Part shown: piece by piece, positions 26,020-38,496 of the stretch | Layout of the letters: every line of letters begins with the position of its first letter | Numbering within the stretch: position 1 is the first letter of the stretch | NCBI GenBank assembly: GCA_951406725.2 | Contig: OX597824.1 | Span: 79,174,001 to 79,238,000, forward strand | DNA length: 64,000 nt | Direction: 5' to 3' | From: Octopus vulgaris | Lineage: Eukaryota | Position numbers and translations under genes: made by a program | The notes under the pieces: model-generated | Database searches by the model: none | What the model saw: the letters and a program-made list of their open reading frames with translations, nothing else | What the model was told of the DNA's origin: nothing

Positions 26020-28140
26020 TAAATATCAAAAGAGGGATATTGCATGGGGACAATCTGTCGCCTCTCCTATTTGTTGTGTGCGTTTTAAGAAAGATGTGTG
26101 TGGGGTACATGCTAGGCAGGGTGGAAGTAAACAACCTGTGGTTTATGGATGACCTAAAGCTATTCGCTTAGACAGAGAAAGAAATTGTGAGTTGGACGGC
26201 AACTGTGCAGATGATTAACAGAGATATTGGCATGGAACTCGGGATCGAGAAATGTGGTGTGATGATTCTCAAAAGGAGCAAAAAATCAGTAAAAGCCATG
26301 AGATGAAACCTGAAAGTGGCGAAACTATAAGGGAAGTCGGAGAGGAAGGATATAAGCACCTGGGTATATAATTGAAAGAGATAAGATGAATGAACGCAAA
26401 ATGAAAGAAGTGTAAAGAAAATGTTGAAGGCGGCGAGCTGGCAGAATCGTTAGCGCGCCGGGCGAAATGCTTAGCCGCTACGTTCTGAGTTCAAATTCCG
26501 CCGAGGTCGACTTTGCCTTTCATCCTTTCGGGGTCGATTAAATAAGTACCAGTTACGCACTGGGGTCGATATAATCGACTTAATCCCTTGTCTGTCCTTG
26601 TTTGTCTCCTCTGTGTGTAGCCCCTTGTGGGTAGTAAAGAAATAAGAAATGTAAAGGAAAGAGTATTTGAGGAGAACTCGGCTTGTGCTCCAATCGAAGC
26701 TAAATGGCCGCCATAAGATTAGAGCAATTTACATATGAGCTGTTGCTTTGATGAGACATGGGGCAGGAATAGTATCCTGAAAGAAACCTGAATTACAAGT
26801 GATAGACCGGAGAACACGTAAATTAATGACAAGGAACAAGGAACTACACCCAAAGAGTGATGTGTCAAGATTGTATGTAAAGAGGAGGGGAAGGAGGACG
26901 GGTATTAGTGTGCTGTGAAGGTTGTGTAAGGGAAGAGGAGAATAGCCTGGCTTGGCATGTCAAGGGGAGTAGAGAAGAAATGATTGAAGCAGTGAAAATG
27001 CAGGGAACCTTGAGAGCGAACGAAGCCGTAGATTCAATACAATTTAAGGAAGACCAGAGAGAGCAGATGGAGAAAATTTGGCAGGATAAGAAAATGCACA
27101 GTTAAGAAAATGAAGAATAAAGTTGAGATTGACTTGTATAGAACCTAACAATGGTTGCAGAAAGGAGACTTCAAAGGGCCCACTGAGGCATTAGTGTGCA
27201 GCGCTCAAGAACAAGCTCTCAGAAAAACTACTCCAAATAACACATTGATAAAAGCACTGACTTGCCACAATGTAGGATGTGCACTGAGAAGGGAGAAAGT
27301 ATAAGTTACGTTGTTAGTAAGTGCTGTAAGCTCGCACAACGCGAATATAAATGGAGATGCGACAATGTGGCCAGATATGTCCACTGGCTATTGTGCGGTA
27401 AAGTAAACCTCGAGAGAGACGAACAATGGTATGAACACAAGCCAGAGGGAGTAATGGAAAATGACCATTACAAAATACGCTGGGATTTTAACATGCAGTG
27501 TGACCAAGTCATAGAGGCTAGTGGACCAGATATTGTGTTCATCCATAAAGATGATAAAGAAGTAAAGATAATAGATGTCGCAATACCAGGCCATTTGAGA
27601 GTGAAATGTAAGGAAACAGAAAAGATTGAGAAATACCTATTTCTTTACTACCCACAAGGGGCTAAACACAGAGGAGACAAACAAGGACAGACAAACGGAT
27701 TAAGTCGATTATATCGACCCCAGTGCCTAACTGGTACCTATTTAATCGACCCCGAAAGAATGAAAAGCGAAGCCGACCTCGGCGGAATTTGAACTCAGAA
27801 CGCAACGGCAGACGAAATACGGCTACGCATTTCGTCCAGCGTGTTAACGTTTCTGCCAGCTCGCCACCACCAGCCACTGCGGGACGAGATAGGAAAGTTA
27901 TAGGGTATGAGGAAAGTAATGATGATACCAGTGGTATTTTGGAGCGTTAGGAGCAGTCACGAAGGGCTTTGAAAAACATATTAAGAATACAGAAGCTCAA
28001 ATTGATCCAGAAAACAGCATTGTTGGGTACAGCTCGCATTCTAAGGAGAGTATTGTCTCTTTGAGTCAAAGGCGAAGGCATCACTTGAAACCTTTGATGA
28101 TTTGTTGTTGCCTGCTTTCAAGTAAAGAATAACCAATAAT
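26020..28140 (+). mobile_element. Degenerate RLE-type LINE (R4/Dong-like), RT to endonuclease, interrupted by two SINEs
   Basis: KRGILHGDNLSPLLF, FMDDLKLF, CRMC zinc-knuckle region, PDIV...IIDVAIP...EKIEKY restriction-like endonuclease motif; many stops; abuts a long (AAT)n tract. Confidence 0.85.
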
Positions 28141-28159
28141 TAAGAACTATCCTGAAATA

Positions 28160-28860
28160 TGTAATCTTGACAGAAAAAATACGACAATTGTTGACAATGC
28201 ATAGAATGCACCACCCCAAGGCAGATATAAAACGACTTTACCTGCCAAGAAAAGAGTATGGTCGTGGACTTTTACAACTGGAATTAACAATGAAGATTGC
28301 CACAGGTTATAACTACCACAGAAGGGAAGGAGAGAGGACTGATATCAATAAAAGACTGTAGAGATGGCAAAATGTGATATAGAAGAATATGTGAGAAGTA
28401 ACTGAGAAAAACTCTGATTTCAGCTGCCAGACGAGAGGAGAAAGAAGCTGTTGTGATGGCAACGGAATACGGGAAAAGAAGAAAACAGGAGCGAGAAAGA
28501 AACGTTTGAGAGAAAGAACTAAACGTTAAGCATCTCAGATAAACACAAAACGTCGCAGCCAAGGAGTTTAGGATTTGGCAGAAGGAGACCTTAAGAAAGA
28601 AACGGAAAGACTCGTAATAGCTGCTCGGTACCAGTCATTGCTGACGAATATGATCAAGAGGAAAATAGACAAATCCGCGAAAAGGGCAGAGTGCAGAGTA
28701 GGTAATGAAAAAGAGGAACCCATTATGTAGTCCTTTGGCATAGAAAGAATATAGACGCAGAAATGATTGCGTGGCCAAAGCACAACACTAGGCTATATTA
28801 CGGTAAAGAGGATTTAAAGTAGGGAGAAAATAGTACGAACATCAGCCAGAAAATGTGTGT
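28160..28860 (+). mobile_element. Further degenerate RLE-LINE fragments
   Basis: MHHPKADIKRLYLPRKEYGRGLLQLE; GDLKKETERLVIAA; YEHQPE. Confidence 0.65.
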
Positions 28861-29091
28861 ATAGGTGTGGCTGTGTGAGAAGAAGCTTGCTTCACAACCG
28901 CATGGTTCCAGGTTCAGTCCCATTGGATGGTACTTTGGGCAAGTGTCTTCAAAACAGCTTCAAGCCGACCAAAGCCTTGTGAGTGGATTTGGTAGACGAA
29001 ACTGAAAGAAGCCCGCGTATATATATGTTTCTTTTTGTATGTGTGGGTGGGTGTGAGTATGATGTAACGCAGCCTTGTCCACAGTAAGTTA

Positions 29092-29657
29092 TTGGGTTGT
29101 CCGGAAAGTTCGTGCCGATTTATAGTAGCTTACATTTCGACTTATCTAAGAACATGGTTGAGTCCATAAAATACGATTTGACTACACCTCCATTTAGAGC
29201 ACAGTTTAAGCCATCTTTTCGTGGAAGAAGGTTTATATTCCTATAACCAGTGTTAATTCTGTAACCCTTTAAAATGGAAGATAAGAAAGTTCATTTTCGG
29301 CACTTGATGCTTTGGGAACCAGACAAAAATTGCTGTGGCTCGGCTGGGATGTGTTACCCCACCCTCCATATTCACAAGATATTGCTCCTTCGGATTTCCA
29401 CTTATTCAGGTCTCTGCAGAATAGTCTTAATGGTAAAAATTTCAATTCCTTGGATGGCGTAAAAAGATATCTTGATGAATTCTTTGCCATGAAACCACTT
29501 CAGTTCTGGGAAGAGGGTATTTTCAAGTTAAAGGAAAGATGGAGACGCATTGTGCAACAAAATGGTTCATATTTGGTTGATTAAAAATGTAATGGCAAGT
29601 ATTTATTGACCTTTTTCTTTCCTTTAAAAATCGGCACGAACTTTCCAGACAACCCAA
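29092..29657 (+). mobile_element. Mariner internal-deletion derivative, copy 1 (566 bp)
   Basis: TA TSD, TIR TTGGGTTGTCCGGAAAGTTCGTGCCGATTT; N-terminal MEDKKVHFRHLML joined to C-terminal HPPYSQDIAPSDFHLF. Confidence 0.92.
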
Positions 29658-30532
29658 TACATTTATATATAATTTCTGCGACTCCACAATGCTTCCTTTT
29701 TTTCTCTCAATCCCTCTATAATCCTCTATATTTTCCGTTTCTCCTCCTCCTTCTTTGCTGTCCTCTTTCTCCCACTCCCTATTATCTTCCGTTCCTTCTC
29801 CTTTCGCCTCACTCTCTTTGTTTCTTTCCCTCGTCCTCTCTTTTGTCCCCCTTCCCCTCTGCCTGTTGCTCACGCGTGACTACAGGCCATTTCTCTCGCC
29901 TCCGTCTTTTCTGGACAAGACGTCTATCAGGCTGGACGTCATTTCATTCACTTCTACTATTTACTTCTTTTCTATCTATTCTATTTCCTTTAAAAATTTC
30001 TCCCATGCATTACTCATTACAATTCGTCTTGGCTTATCGGCCAAGACGAATTGTTCGTTTCCGTCGATTGTTTACTTTGTACGTCCACTCTGTTGTTGCT
30101 TGTTCGTTCGAAGCCCTAACTCTCCACAAATTTTACATCTTTAAAATTTCTAGATGCTGCAGTGTTATGAAGTTTTCCTATCTTGTCGTTAAAGGCAAGA
30201 AGCAAGGAGTAGTGAAACAGTCGACAACTGACGAGCTAGTTATCTTCTTTTGGTATTTGTCCTGTATTTATCCCTCGTGTGTTTACGTATTTCTCACTCG
30301 TTGGTGATGTCCTGTACTTAATGTGTATTTTTTTATTTATATAAAAATATTATTATTTATATAGGCGTAGGAGTGGCTGTGTGGTAAGTAGCTTGCTTAC
30401 CAACCACATGGTTCTGGGTTCAGTCCCACTGCGTGGCACCTTGGGCAAGTGTCTTCTACTATAGCCTTGTGAGTGGATTTGGTAGACGGAAACTGAAAGA
30501 AGCCCGTCGTATATATGTATATATATATATAC

Positions 30533-30573
<41 letters not shown>

Positions 30574-30756
30574 TACGTTTGTGTGTCTGAGTTTGTCCCT
30601 CCAACATCGCTTGACCACTGATGCTGGTGTGTTTACGTCCCCATAACTCAGCGGTTCAGCCAAAGAGACCGATAGAATAAAGTACTAGGCTTAAAAAGAA
30701 TAAGTCCTGAGGTCGATTTGCTCGACTAAAGGCGGTGCTCCAGCATGGCCACAGTC

Positions 30757-30807
<51 letters not shown>

Positions 30808-31124
30808 TGTGTATTATGTATACATAATACACACACCAATACATGCTAAGGTCATGAGTCAAAAAGAGAGAAATTTTGTCACATTGTTGTGTACCGGTTT
30901 TTATATTATCATGAACTTGAATAAGATTTAAGACGTAAAAATACCAAATGCTTACATGAATGTAAGTGAATGTGTGGGTAGGTGGGTGGGTGGATGTAGT
31001 TAACGCCCAAGCATACACACATATACACACACATTTTTGCACATATGCCTCATTACGTTCTTCTCTGTGCGATTTTTGTATGCATGCGTGTATGTGTGTA
31101 TGTCTTTATGTTTAATGTATGTAT

Positions 31125-31264
<140 letters not shown>

Positions 31265-31294
31265 GCAGGCAGACAGACAGGCAGGCAGACAGAC

Positions 31295-31338
<44 letters not shown>

Positions 31339-31445
31339 TGATAGATAGATAGATAGGCAGGCAGGCAGACAGACAGGCAGGCAGGCAGGCAGACAGATAG
31401 AGAGAGAGATTGCTTGATTGATAGATAGACACATACATACATACA

Positions 31446-31476
<31 letters not shown>

Positions 31477-31486
31477 GCATACAAAC

Positions 31487-31532
<46 letters not shown>

Positions 31533-32189
31533 TATGTGTGTATATGTTTGTGTGAGTGTGCGTACGCATTTGTATTATTGTGTTTGTGTGCGTGCGCGTT
31601 TGTTTGTTTGTTTGTGTGTGTGTGTGTATGTGTGTGTGTGTGTGTGTGTGTCTGTGTGTGTGAGTGCATATGCATACAAAAGAATAAAAGGCCATACCAA
31701 AAAAGCTTTTTGCAGTCACATTGTGCTTGTTCTTAGGTCACCTTTACTTGTTCAAGTTGAAATCTGATTACATTTCACATTCCATCCGCTGACGATTACA
31801 GATGTTTAGTTAAAATGTTGGCTGTATGAAACCTTTAAGTGTTTTCTTTCTAGTTCCGGATACGAAACCTGTACATAAATACATAGTTAAGCACAGACTG
31901 CCATCACACCTGAGCGTGTGATGGCTTGGTAGCACGTAAGAAGGACAGCAAAACTCAAAGTAGAAAATACTTTAGATGTATGCGGCAGGAGGACTAAATC
32001 TGGGACCAAAGAACAAATTCTTAGTGATTAGTATAAGAAAATAGTTGTTGTATGGTTGTGGTGGTTGCAGCTACTGATAGTATGTTATGTTGGTTTGTCG
32101 GTTAGTTGGCTGGTTGGTCGGTTGGTTGGTTGGTCGGTCGGTCGGTTGGTTAGATGATAAATATTAAAAAAACTGTACATGACTATGGG

Positions 32190-32640
32190 CCAAACTAACC
32201 ATGCATTCTCCGATTGTATCAAGGTTCACAAGCAGCACTTGAAGGAGCGATTCTGTCGAAAGGTGCTGAAACTACTATGAATGCCAGTTGACAGCTGATG
32301 AAGAGGGTAGCCTGCATTGCATGCTCTCGAACTCGATTCCCTCCTTTTCAAAAAGCATTCATAACAGCTCATTTTATTTTTGAATACCGAAAGCTTTCTC
32401 TTCCGGAACTATTTACCTGTCCATTACTTACCAACAAACTCTGCACAAAAATCCTTTTCTTACAAGAGACACCCTCTTCTTCAGAGTTTACATCAGCAAT
32501 TCCACATTATTTACATTTGACGGATATTTGTCCTCTTGTTTGTTGTTAACACGTTTTGGCTCACATACTCTCCAGCCTTCATCAGGTGTCTTGGGGAAAT
32601 TTCGAACCTGAGTTCTCATTCCTAAGGTATTTTTCGATGT
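32190..32640. mobile_element. Penelope-like element remnants with degenerate hammerhead motifs
   Basis: GQTNHAFSDCIKVHKQHL (GIY-YIG-like) on +; CTGATGA...GAA motif at 32295(+); GACAC-CTGATGA-AGGCT...AGCC-AAAA-CGTGT at ~32549-32591(-). Confidence 0.45.
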
Positions 32641-32669
32641 TATTATTATTATTATCATTATTGTTATTA

Positions 32670-33125
32670 TTGTAGATTCTACAAAGGTGAAATAGTGCAT
32701 TTAGTTCTAAATACATATAGCAGAATGGTACAGTCCACCTTGTTCTAAGTAGGTGCCACAAGGTGGTATAGTGCATCTAGTTCTAAATATACATTTCAAA
32801 GTAGCACAGTCCACTTTGTACTAAGTAGATTCCACATGGAGACACACTTCATCTTGGTCTAAAATTATAAACTGGTACGGTTCTAAAGAGGTTTCACAGC
32901 TGGTACAGTCTACTTTATTCTAGAGGTTCCACAGGCTGGTACAGTCCACCTTGTTCTAAATAGATACTACTATGTGATACAGTCCGCATTAGTTCTAAGT
33001 AGATACAGTTCATTCCACCTTTGTTAGTAGATACCACAAAATAATAGTTCACCTTGTTCTAATATATGGTCCACATGATGGTACAGTCCACCTTGTTCTA
33101 AATAGATTCTATAGAGTGGTACCAC
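32670..33125. repeat. Degenerate ~38-bp minisatellite, about 12 units
   Basis: Recurring GGTACAGTCCACCTTGTTCTAA(G/A)TAG core. Confidence 0.8.
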
Positions 33126-33223
33126 TCCTTTTTTGCTTTGAGGAGATATCGCAGGATATTAAAGCTAGCAATGGTAATAAGTATCAACCAGTAATTGACA
33201 AGCGATGTATTGGCAAGCAGTGG

Positions 33224-33612
33224 AGGCGCAATGGCCCAGTGGTTAGGGCAGCGGACTCGCGGTCATACGATCGCGGTTTCGATTCCCAGACCGGGCGTTG
33301 TGAGTGTTTATTGAGCGAAAACACCTAAAAAAAAGCTCCACGAGGCTCCGGCAGGGGGTCGTGGTGATCCCTGCTGTACTCTTTCACCACAACTTTCTCT
33401 CACTCTTACTTCCTGTTTCTGTTGTACCTGTATTTCAAGGGGCCGACCTTGTCACTCTCTGTGTCACGCTGAATATCCCCGAGAACTACGTTAAGGGTGC
33501 ACGTGTCTGTGGAGTGCTCAGCCACTTACACGTTAATTTCACGAGCAGGCTGTTCCGTTGATTCGGATCAACCGGAACCCTCATCGTCGTAACCGACGGA
33601 GTGCTTCCATCC
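33224..33612 (+). mobile_element. tRNA-derived SINE family D
   Basis: tRNA-like head GGCCCAGTGGTTAGGGCAGCGGACTCGCGGTC...GGTTTCGATTCCC; 15-bp TSD ATTGGCAAGCAGTGG at 33209-33223 and 33613-33627; diverged copy ~34240-34560. Confidence 0.85.
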
Positions 33613-34646
33613 ATTGGCAAGCAGTGGTAGGTTAAATTGTTCCAGGGGGGAAAGTTACTTACGATAGATAGCCGTCCTATCCAGGAAGTTGGACGATTTG
33701 TCTTCTCATAGGTGCAGGTAGAAGTTCTCTTAGCAACCACAAAGTTTCGAGTATGGTGCCGCAGCATGGAATTTTTTACTAGATTTTTCTATACTTTTGG
33801 GGTTATGAGAGAAAATTGGTAAATGGAAACTATGAGTAAGCCTGTTGTATGTAAGGAGGTGTTTATCTCTGTCAGTTTTTACGCTGATACCACTCGAGAA
33901 AGTACAATGTCTTAATGTCCATAACTTAGTGGTTTGACAAACAGATATCGCATTGATGAAGACAACTAGCCTGTATTCTTTAGAGGGTCTGTCAATGGTT
34001 GCATTTTGTTAAAGTGAAGTCCTTAACAAGTGAGGAATTAATCTGTTGGAAAGACGCAGGCATGACCGTGGTTAAGAAGTGCGGTCCGAAACCTCATGGT
34101 TTCGGGTTCAGTCCTACTATATAACTCTTTGGGCAATTGTCTTCTACCATAGCTCTAAGCCTTGATAGATGGAAACCGAAAGAAGCCTGTTGAATCTGTA
34201 TATATGTGCGTGCATGCATGTTTATAACGCCTTGTCTCAGTGAAGGCGCGTAACTTAGTAGTTAGAGTGCCCGGTTCACGATCTTGCGATCGTGAGATCG
34301 ATACTCGGCAGCGCGTTGTGTCCTTGAGCAAGACACTTTGTTTCCCGATGCTCCAGGCCACTCGACTAGCAAAAATGAGTAGTCACTGCATTTCAAAAGG
34401 CCAGTCTTGTCACATTCTGTTACGCTGAATCTCTTTAAGAAGTACGCTAAGGGCGCATTGTGGAGTATCCAGCCACTTGCATGTTAATTTCACAAGCAGC
34501 CTGTTCCAGTGATCGTATCAACTAGAACACTCCGCATCGTAACCGACGGAATGCCAGTATCTCATGGTCTTGATACCGTGCGCTAATTGTAAAAAAAAAA
34601 ATTCATATGAACTTTTATAGGCGCAGGTGTGGCTGTGTGGTAAGTA

Positions 34647-35212
34647 TTGGGTTGTCCGGAAAGTTCGTGCCGATTTATAGTAGCTTACTTTTCGACTTAT
34701 TTTAGAACATGGTTGAGTCCATAAAATAGGATTTGACAACACCTCCATTTAGAGCACAGTTTAAGCTATCTTTTCGTGGAAGAAGGTTGATGTTCCTATA
34801 ACCTGTGTTAATTATGTATCCCTTTAAAATGGAAGACAAGAAAGTTCATTTTCGGTACTTGATGCTTTGGGAACCAGACAAAAATTGCTGCAGCTCGGCT
34901 GGAATGTGTTACCCCACCCTCTATATTCACAAGATATTGCTCCTTCGGATTTCCACTTATTCAGGTCTTTGCAGAATAGTCTTAATGGTAAAAACTTCAA
35001 TTCCTTGGATGAGGTAAAAAGATACCTTCATGAATTCTTTGCCATGAAACCACCTCAATTCTGGGAAGAGGGTATTTTCAAGTTAAAGGAAAGATGGAGA
35101 TGCATTGTGCAACAAAATGGTTCATATTAAGTTGATTAAAAATGTAATGGCAAGTATTTATTGAGCTTTTTCTTTCCTTTAAACATCGACACGAACTTTC
35201 CGGACAACCCAA
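34647..35212 (+). mobile_element. Mariner internal-deletion derivative, copy 2 (566 bp), nested in a SINE
   Basis: Same TIRs and same deletion junction; splits SINE sequence ggtaagTA|gcttgc with TA duplicated. Confidence 0.92.
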
Positions 35213-37257
35213 TAGCTTGCTTACCAACCACATGGTTCTGGGTTCAGTCCCACTGCGTGGCACCTTGGGCAAGTGTCTTCTACAATAGCCTCGAGCCGAC
35301 CAAAGCCTTGTGAGTGGAATTGGTAGACGGAAACTGAAAGAAGCCCGTCGTATATATGTATATAAATATAATTTATATTCATCTTTTAATAACTACTCGT
35401 ATTCTTATCTTATTATGGTTGTCGTTTTGATAATATCCTAAAGTTGAGGAACCAACTAATGTGCTTCTCCATTTTCTTATTTGCAATATGTATGTATGCA
35501 TTTTTGTATGTATGCATGTGTATCTGTGTTTGTCCCCACAACATCGCTTGACAACCGATGGTGTGTGTTTACGTCCTCGTAACTTTGGGTTCGGCAAAAG
35601 AAACCGATAGAATAAGTACTAGGTTTACAAAGAATAAGTCCTGGGGTCGATTTGCTCTCGACTAAAGGCGGTGCCCCAGCCTGAAGCAATTAAAAGAGTA
35701 AAAGAGGGAGTATGACACAAACAGTTTTCTGTTTGCAATCTACTGTGAAAACATGTCTGTCCACTGTGTTTTGTGTTCGAAGGACAGGTTATGGGAAATA
35801 TTACCTCCCTTGCAAACAGGTGAGAGTTGGTGACAGGAGGAGCATCCAGCCGTAGAAGAACTGCTTCAACAAATTTCGTTTTTTTTTATGCAAGCATAGA
35901 GAAAGAGATATTAAAACGATGATAACGACTAGCACCCTGTATTTCGTGAGAGCTGACACCCGAACACTGTCTTAACTAATTACATCATTAAATGAAAACT
36001 TATAATTAACTTGAAATATGGAGATCAAAGTTTTGTTCAACAGCATTCACAATATTCCAACTAGAGATTTATTCTTGTCATGGCGATTAGTTGTCAGTTA
36101 AATTGATAGATCGAATAGCTAATAGTTTACCTATGTCATTTTATGATTTATAAAAACGTTCCCTGTTTCCAGTCTTCCGTGGGAAGCATGTCTAGACATT
36201 GGAAAATATTACCTTGCTTGTGAACAGGCGAGGGTTGGTGACAGGAAAGGCGCCCGGTCGTAGAAAATCTGCTTCAATAAATTGCGTCTGGCCCATGTGA
36301 ATATGGAGAAAAGGAACGTCAGGTGATGATGAATGATGAACTTAGTCTTTCACTCTATGCCGATAAAATAAGCACCAGTAAACATACTGAGATCAAATTA
36401 ACTGAAGGTAACCTCCCTCAAACTTTCTGGTCGTGTGACTAAAAAAATGTTTCACAACCATTTGCAGAGCTTTGAGTGTCTTCCTACAACAGTCCTGGAC
36501 TCTGAATGGAATTTGACAGAAACTGTAACGAAGCCAATCGTATTACTGTGTGTGTGTATGAGACACACACATACAGACGGGAAGTTGTCCTGTATCTTAG
36601 AGTTAGGTAGCAGTGACAGTTCTTCCATACAGGAAATGTCAAGTAAGTTCTAAGTGCAAAGACGCAGAATAAGGGTTAGCTTCAGGAAGAGCATCCGGCC
36701 ATAGAATAATGCACGAAAAAATTAAATTTGATAAACAGAACTAGTATGAAATCTTGTTGAACCATTCCTGTTCTTGTCTTCTGGTTCAACACCACCACCA
36801 CCAGACTCTCAAGTACATTTAGAAGAAACCACCTAGTACTAGGCATTCAGGCCATGATTTTGTTCTTAGAATAATTTCCTTTCTTTCACCAATCAGAGAA
36901 ATTCTGAAAATGTTCTTCTATGCTATAAAAAAATAACAGAATCCTAGAAGTGAGTCCATGTGTAATATGCACTTTGATTTTGGGGCAAAACTTTTTGCCG
37001 CTTATATCATGCATAACGTGTTGCACAATTGTTACAAGGGTAGGTACTCTAGGTGTCATGAAAATAAAAAGGACCCAATACACTCCGTAAATTGGTTTGA
37101 TGTTCAGAAGGGCATTTGGCTGTAGAAGCTATGCCAAAGCAAACTTCAGAACAAGGCACAGTCTTAGGACCCAGTGGATTTTGCTAAACCATCCAACCCA
37201 TACCTGAATGGACAATGAACATCAAAAGATAACAATGATGATAACGATGGTAGATAA

Positions 37258-37586
37258 TCTAAGACTTTTATGGATTCCATGGACAGCGAGGCTCGCCAAC
37301 GGAGAAGTTCCTAAGCAGATCAGGCCGAAAATGTCGCTAGAAGCTAGGATCACCAAGCATAGATTGGCATATGCGAGAAAATCCCTTGAGAAGGACATCA
37401 TGCTCGGAATGGTCAGTGGCAAGAGAGGAAGAGGCCGACCAAGAACCCGCTGGCTTGACACCATCAAGAGGGATACCGGAATGGACATAGCTAATCTGAA
37501 AGAAGCGGCCCAGGATTGAACTGATTGGAGGACACTGATCCAACGAGTGACCGAGAGTTTACTTCGACTGAGCAGATAGATAGATA
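37258..37586 (+). mobile_element. RTE LINE 3' fragment, same family as 40695
   Basis: RLLWIPWTAR...KRGRGRPRTRWLDTIK; (GATA)n tail. Confidence 0.85.
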
Positions 37587-38275
37587 GTGGTTATTACTTT
37601 TTCATTTTATATAAGCTGTATTGATATATGATTTAAACTAGGTGCATGTATGGTTAAGGAGTTTGCTTCCCATCCATGCGGCCTTGGGTTCAGTTCCACT
37701 CTACAGCAACTTGGGCAAATGTCTTCTACTAGAGTGTTAGGAAGACCAAAGTCTTGTGAGTGAATGTGATAGATAGAAACTGAATGAAGCCTGCCATATA
37801 TATATATGTGTGCGTGTGTCCTTGTCTTGATATTGCATGACAGATGAAAATAAGTGTCGCTGTCATACAAGCAGTGTCATTCTTTCCAATATCTTCCGGG
37901 CAAACTTGTCTTCTGGCCACAGGGAAATATTACCTTGCTTGAAAACAAGTGAAGATTGGCACCAGGTCGTAGCCGCCCGACCCATACAAGCATTGAAAAG
38001 ACGATGTTAAAATTATGACAGTAATCTAAAATATAAAAAAGCTCTTTTTTGTTGTTGTTGTTGTTTTATTCTTAATACAAAAAGTAAGCACCCAGTACAC
38101 TCTGTAAAGTGGCTGGTGTTAGGAAGGGCATCCAGCCATAGAAGCTTTACCAAAACAACTGGAGCGTGGTACAGTTCTCCAGCTTGCCAACTCCAGTCAA
38201 ACCGTCCAACCCATGCCAGCAAGGAAAATTATGTTAAATGATGATGATATAGCTTATTCTAATTCAATCCTTTAA

Positions 38276-38496
38276 CCCTTTAGTGTTCGCATTATTCTGC
38301 CAAAATTAATCCTTTTTTATCCAAATTGTTTTGAACTAATCATGCATTGTTTTGTACCTAGGAGATTTTGATGAAGTAGCTGTTAATTTTTAAAACGATA
38401 TTGTAGGGTTGGTGTGAGAGACCAGATCTGGCCAGTTTGAACATAAAACGGGCAGAATACTTTTGGCTGGATATGACCAATTTAAACACTAAGGGG
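38276..38496. mobile_element. Second TTAA MITE family
   Basis: TTAA|CCCTTTAGTGTT...AACACTAAGGGG|TTAA; related reverse copies near 40165-40384 and 56570-56755. Confidence 0.7.

Noticed and set aside
29606-30307. 233-aa hydrophobic ORF
   Set aside because: Starts in a mariner TIR and runs through a CT-rich tract; no ATG start or domain
32670-33125. CRISPR array
   Set aside because: Eukaryotic context, degenerate repeats, short mutually related 'spacers', no cas genes
33222-33297. tRNA-like sequence
   Set aside because: Head of a TSD-flanked SINE; acceptor and anticodon stems are imperfect
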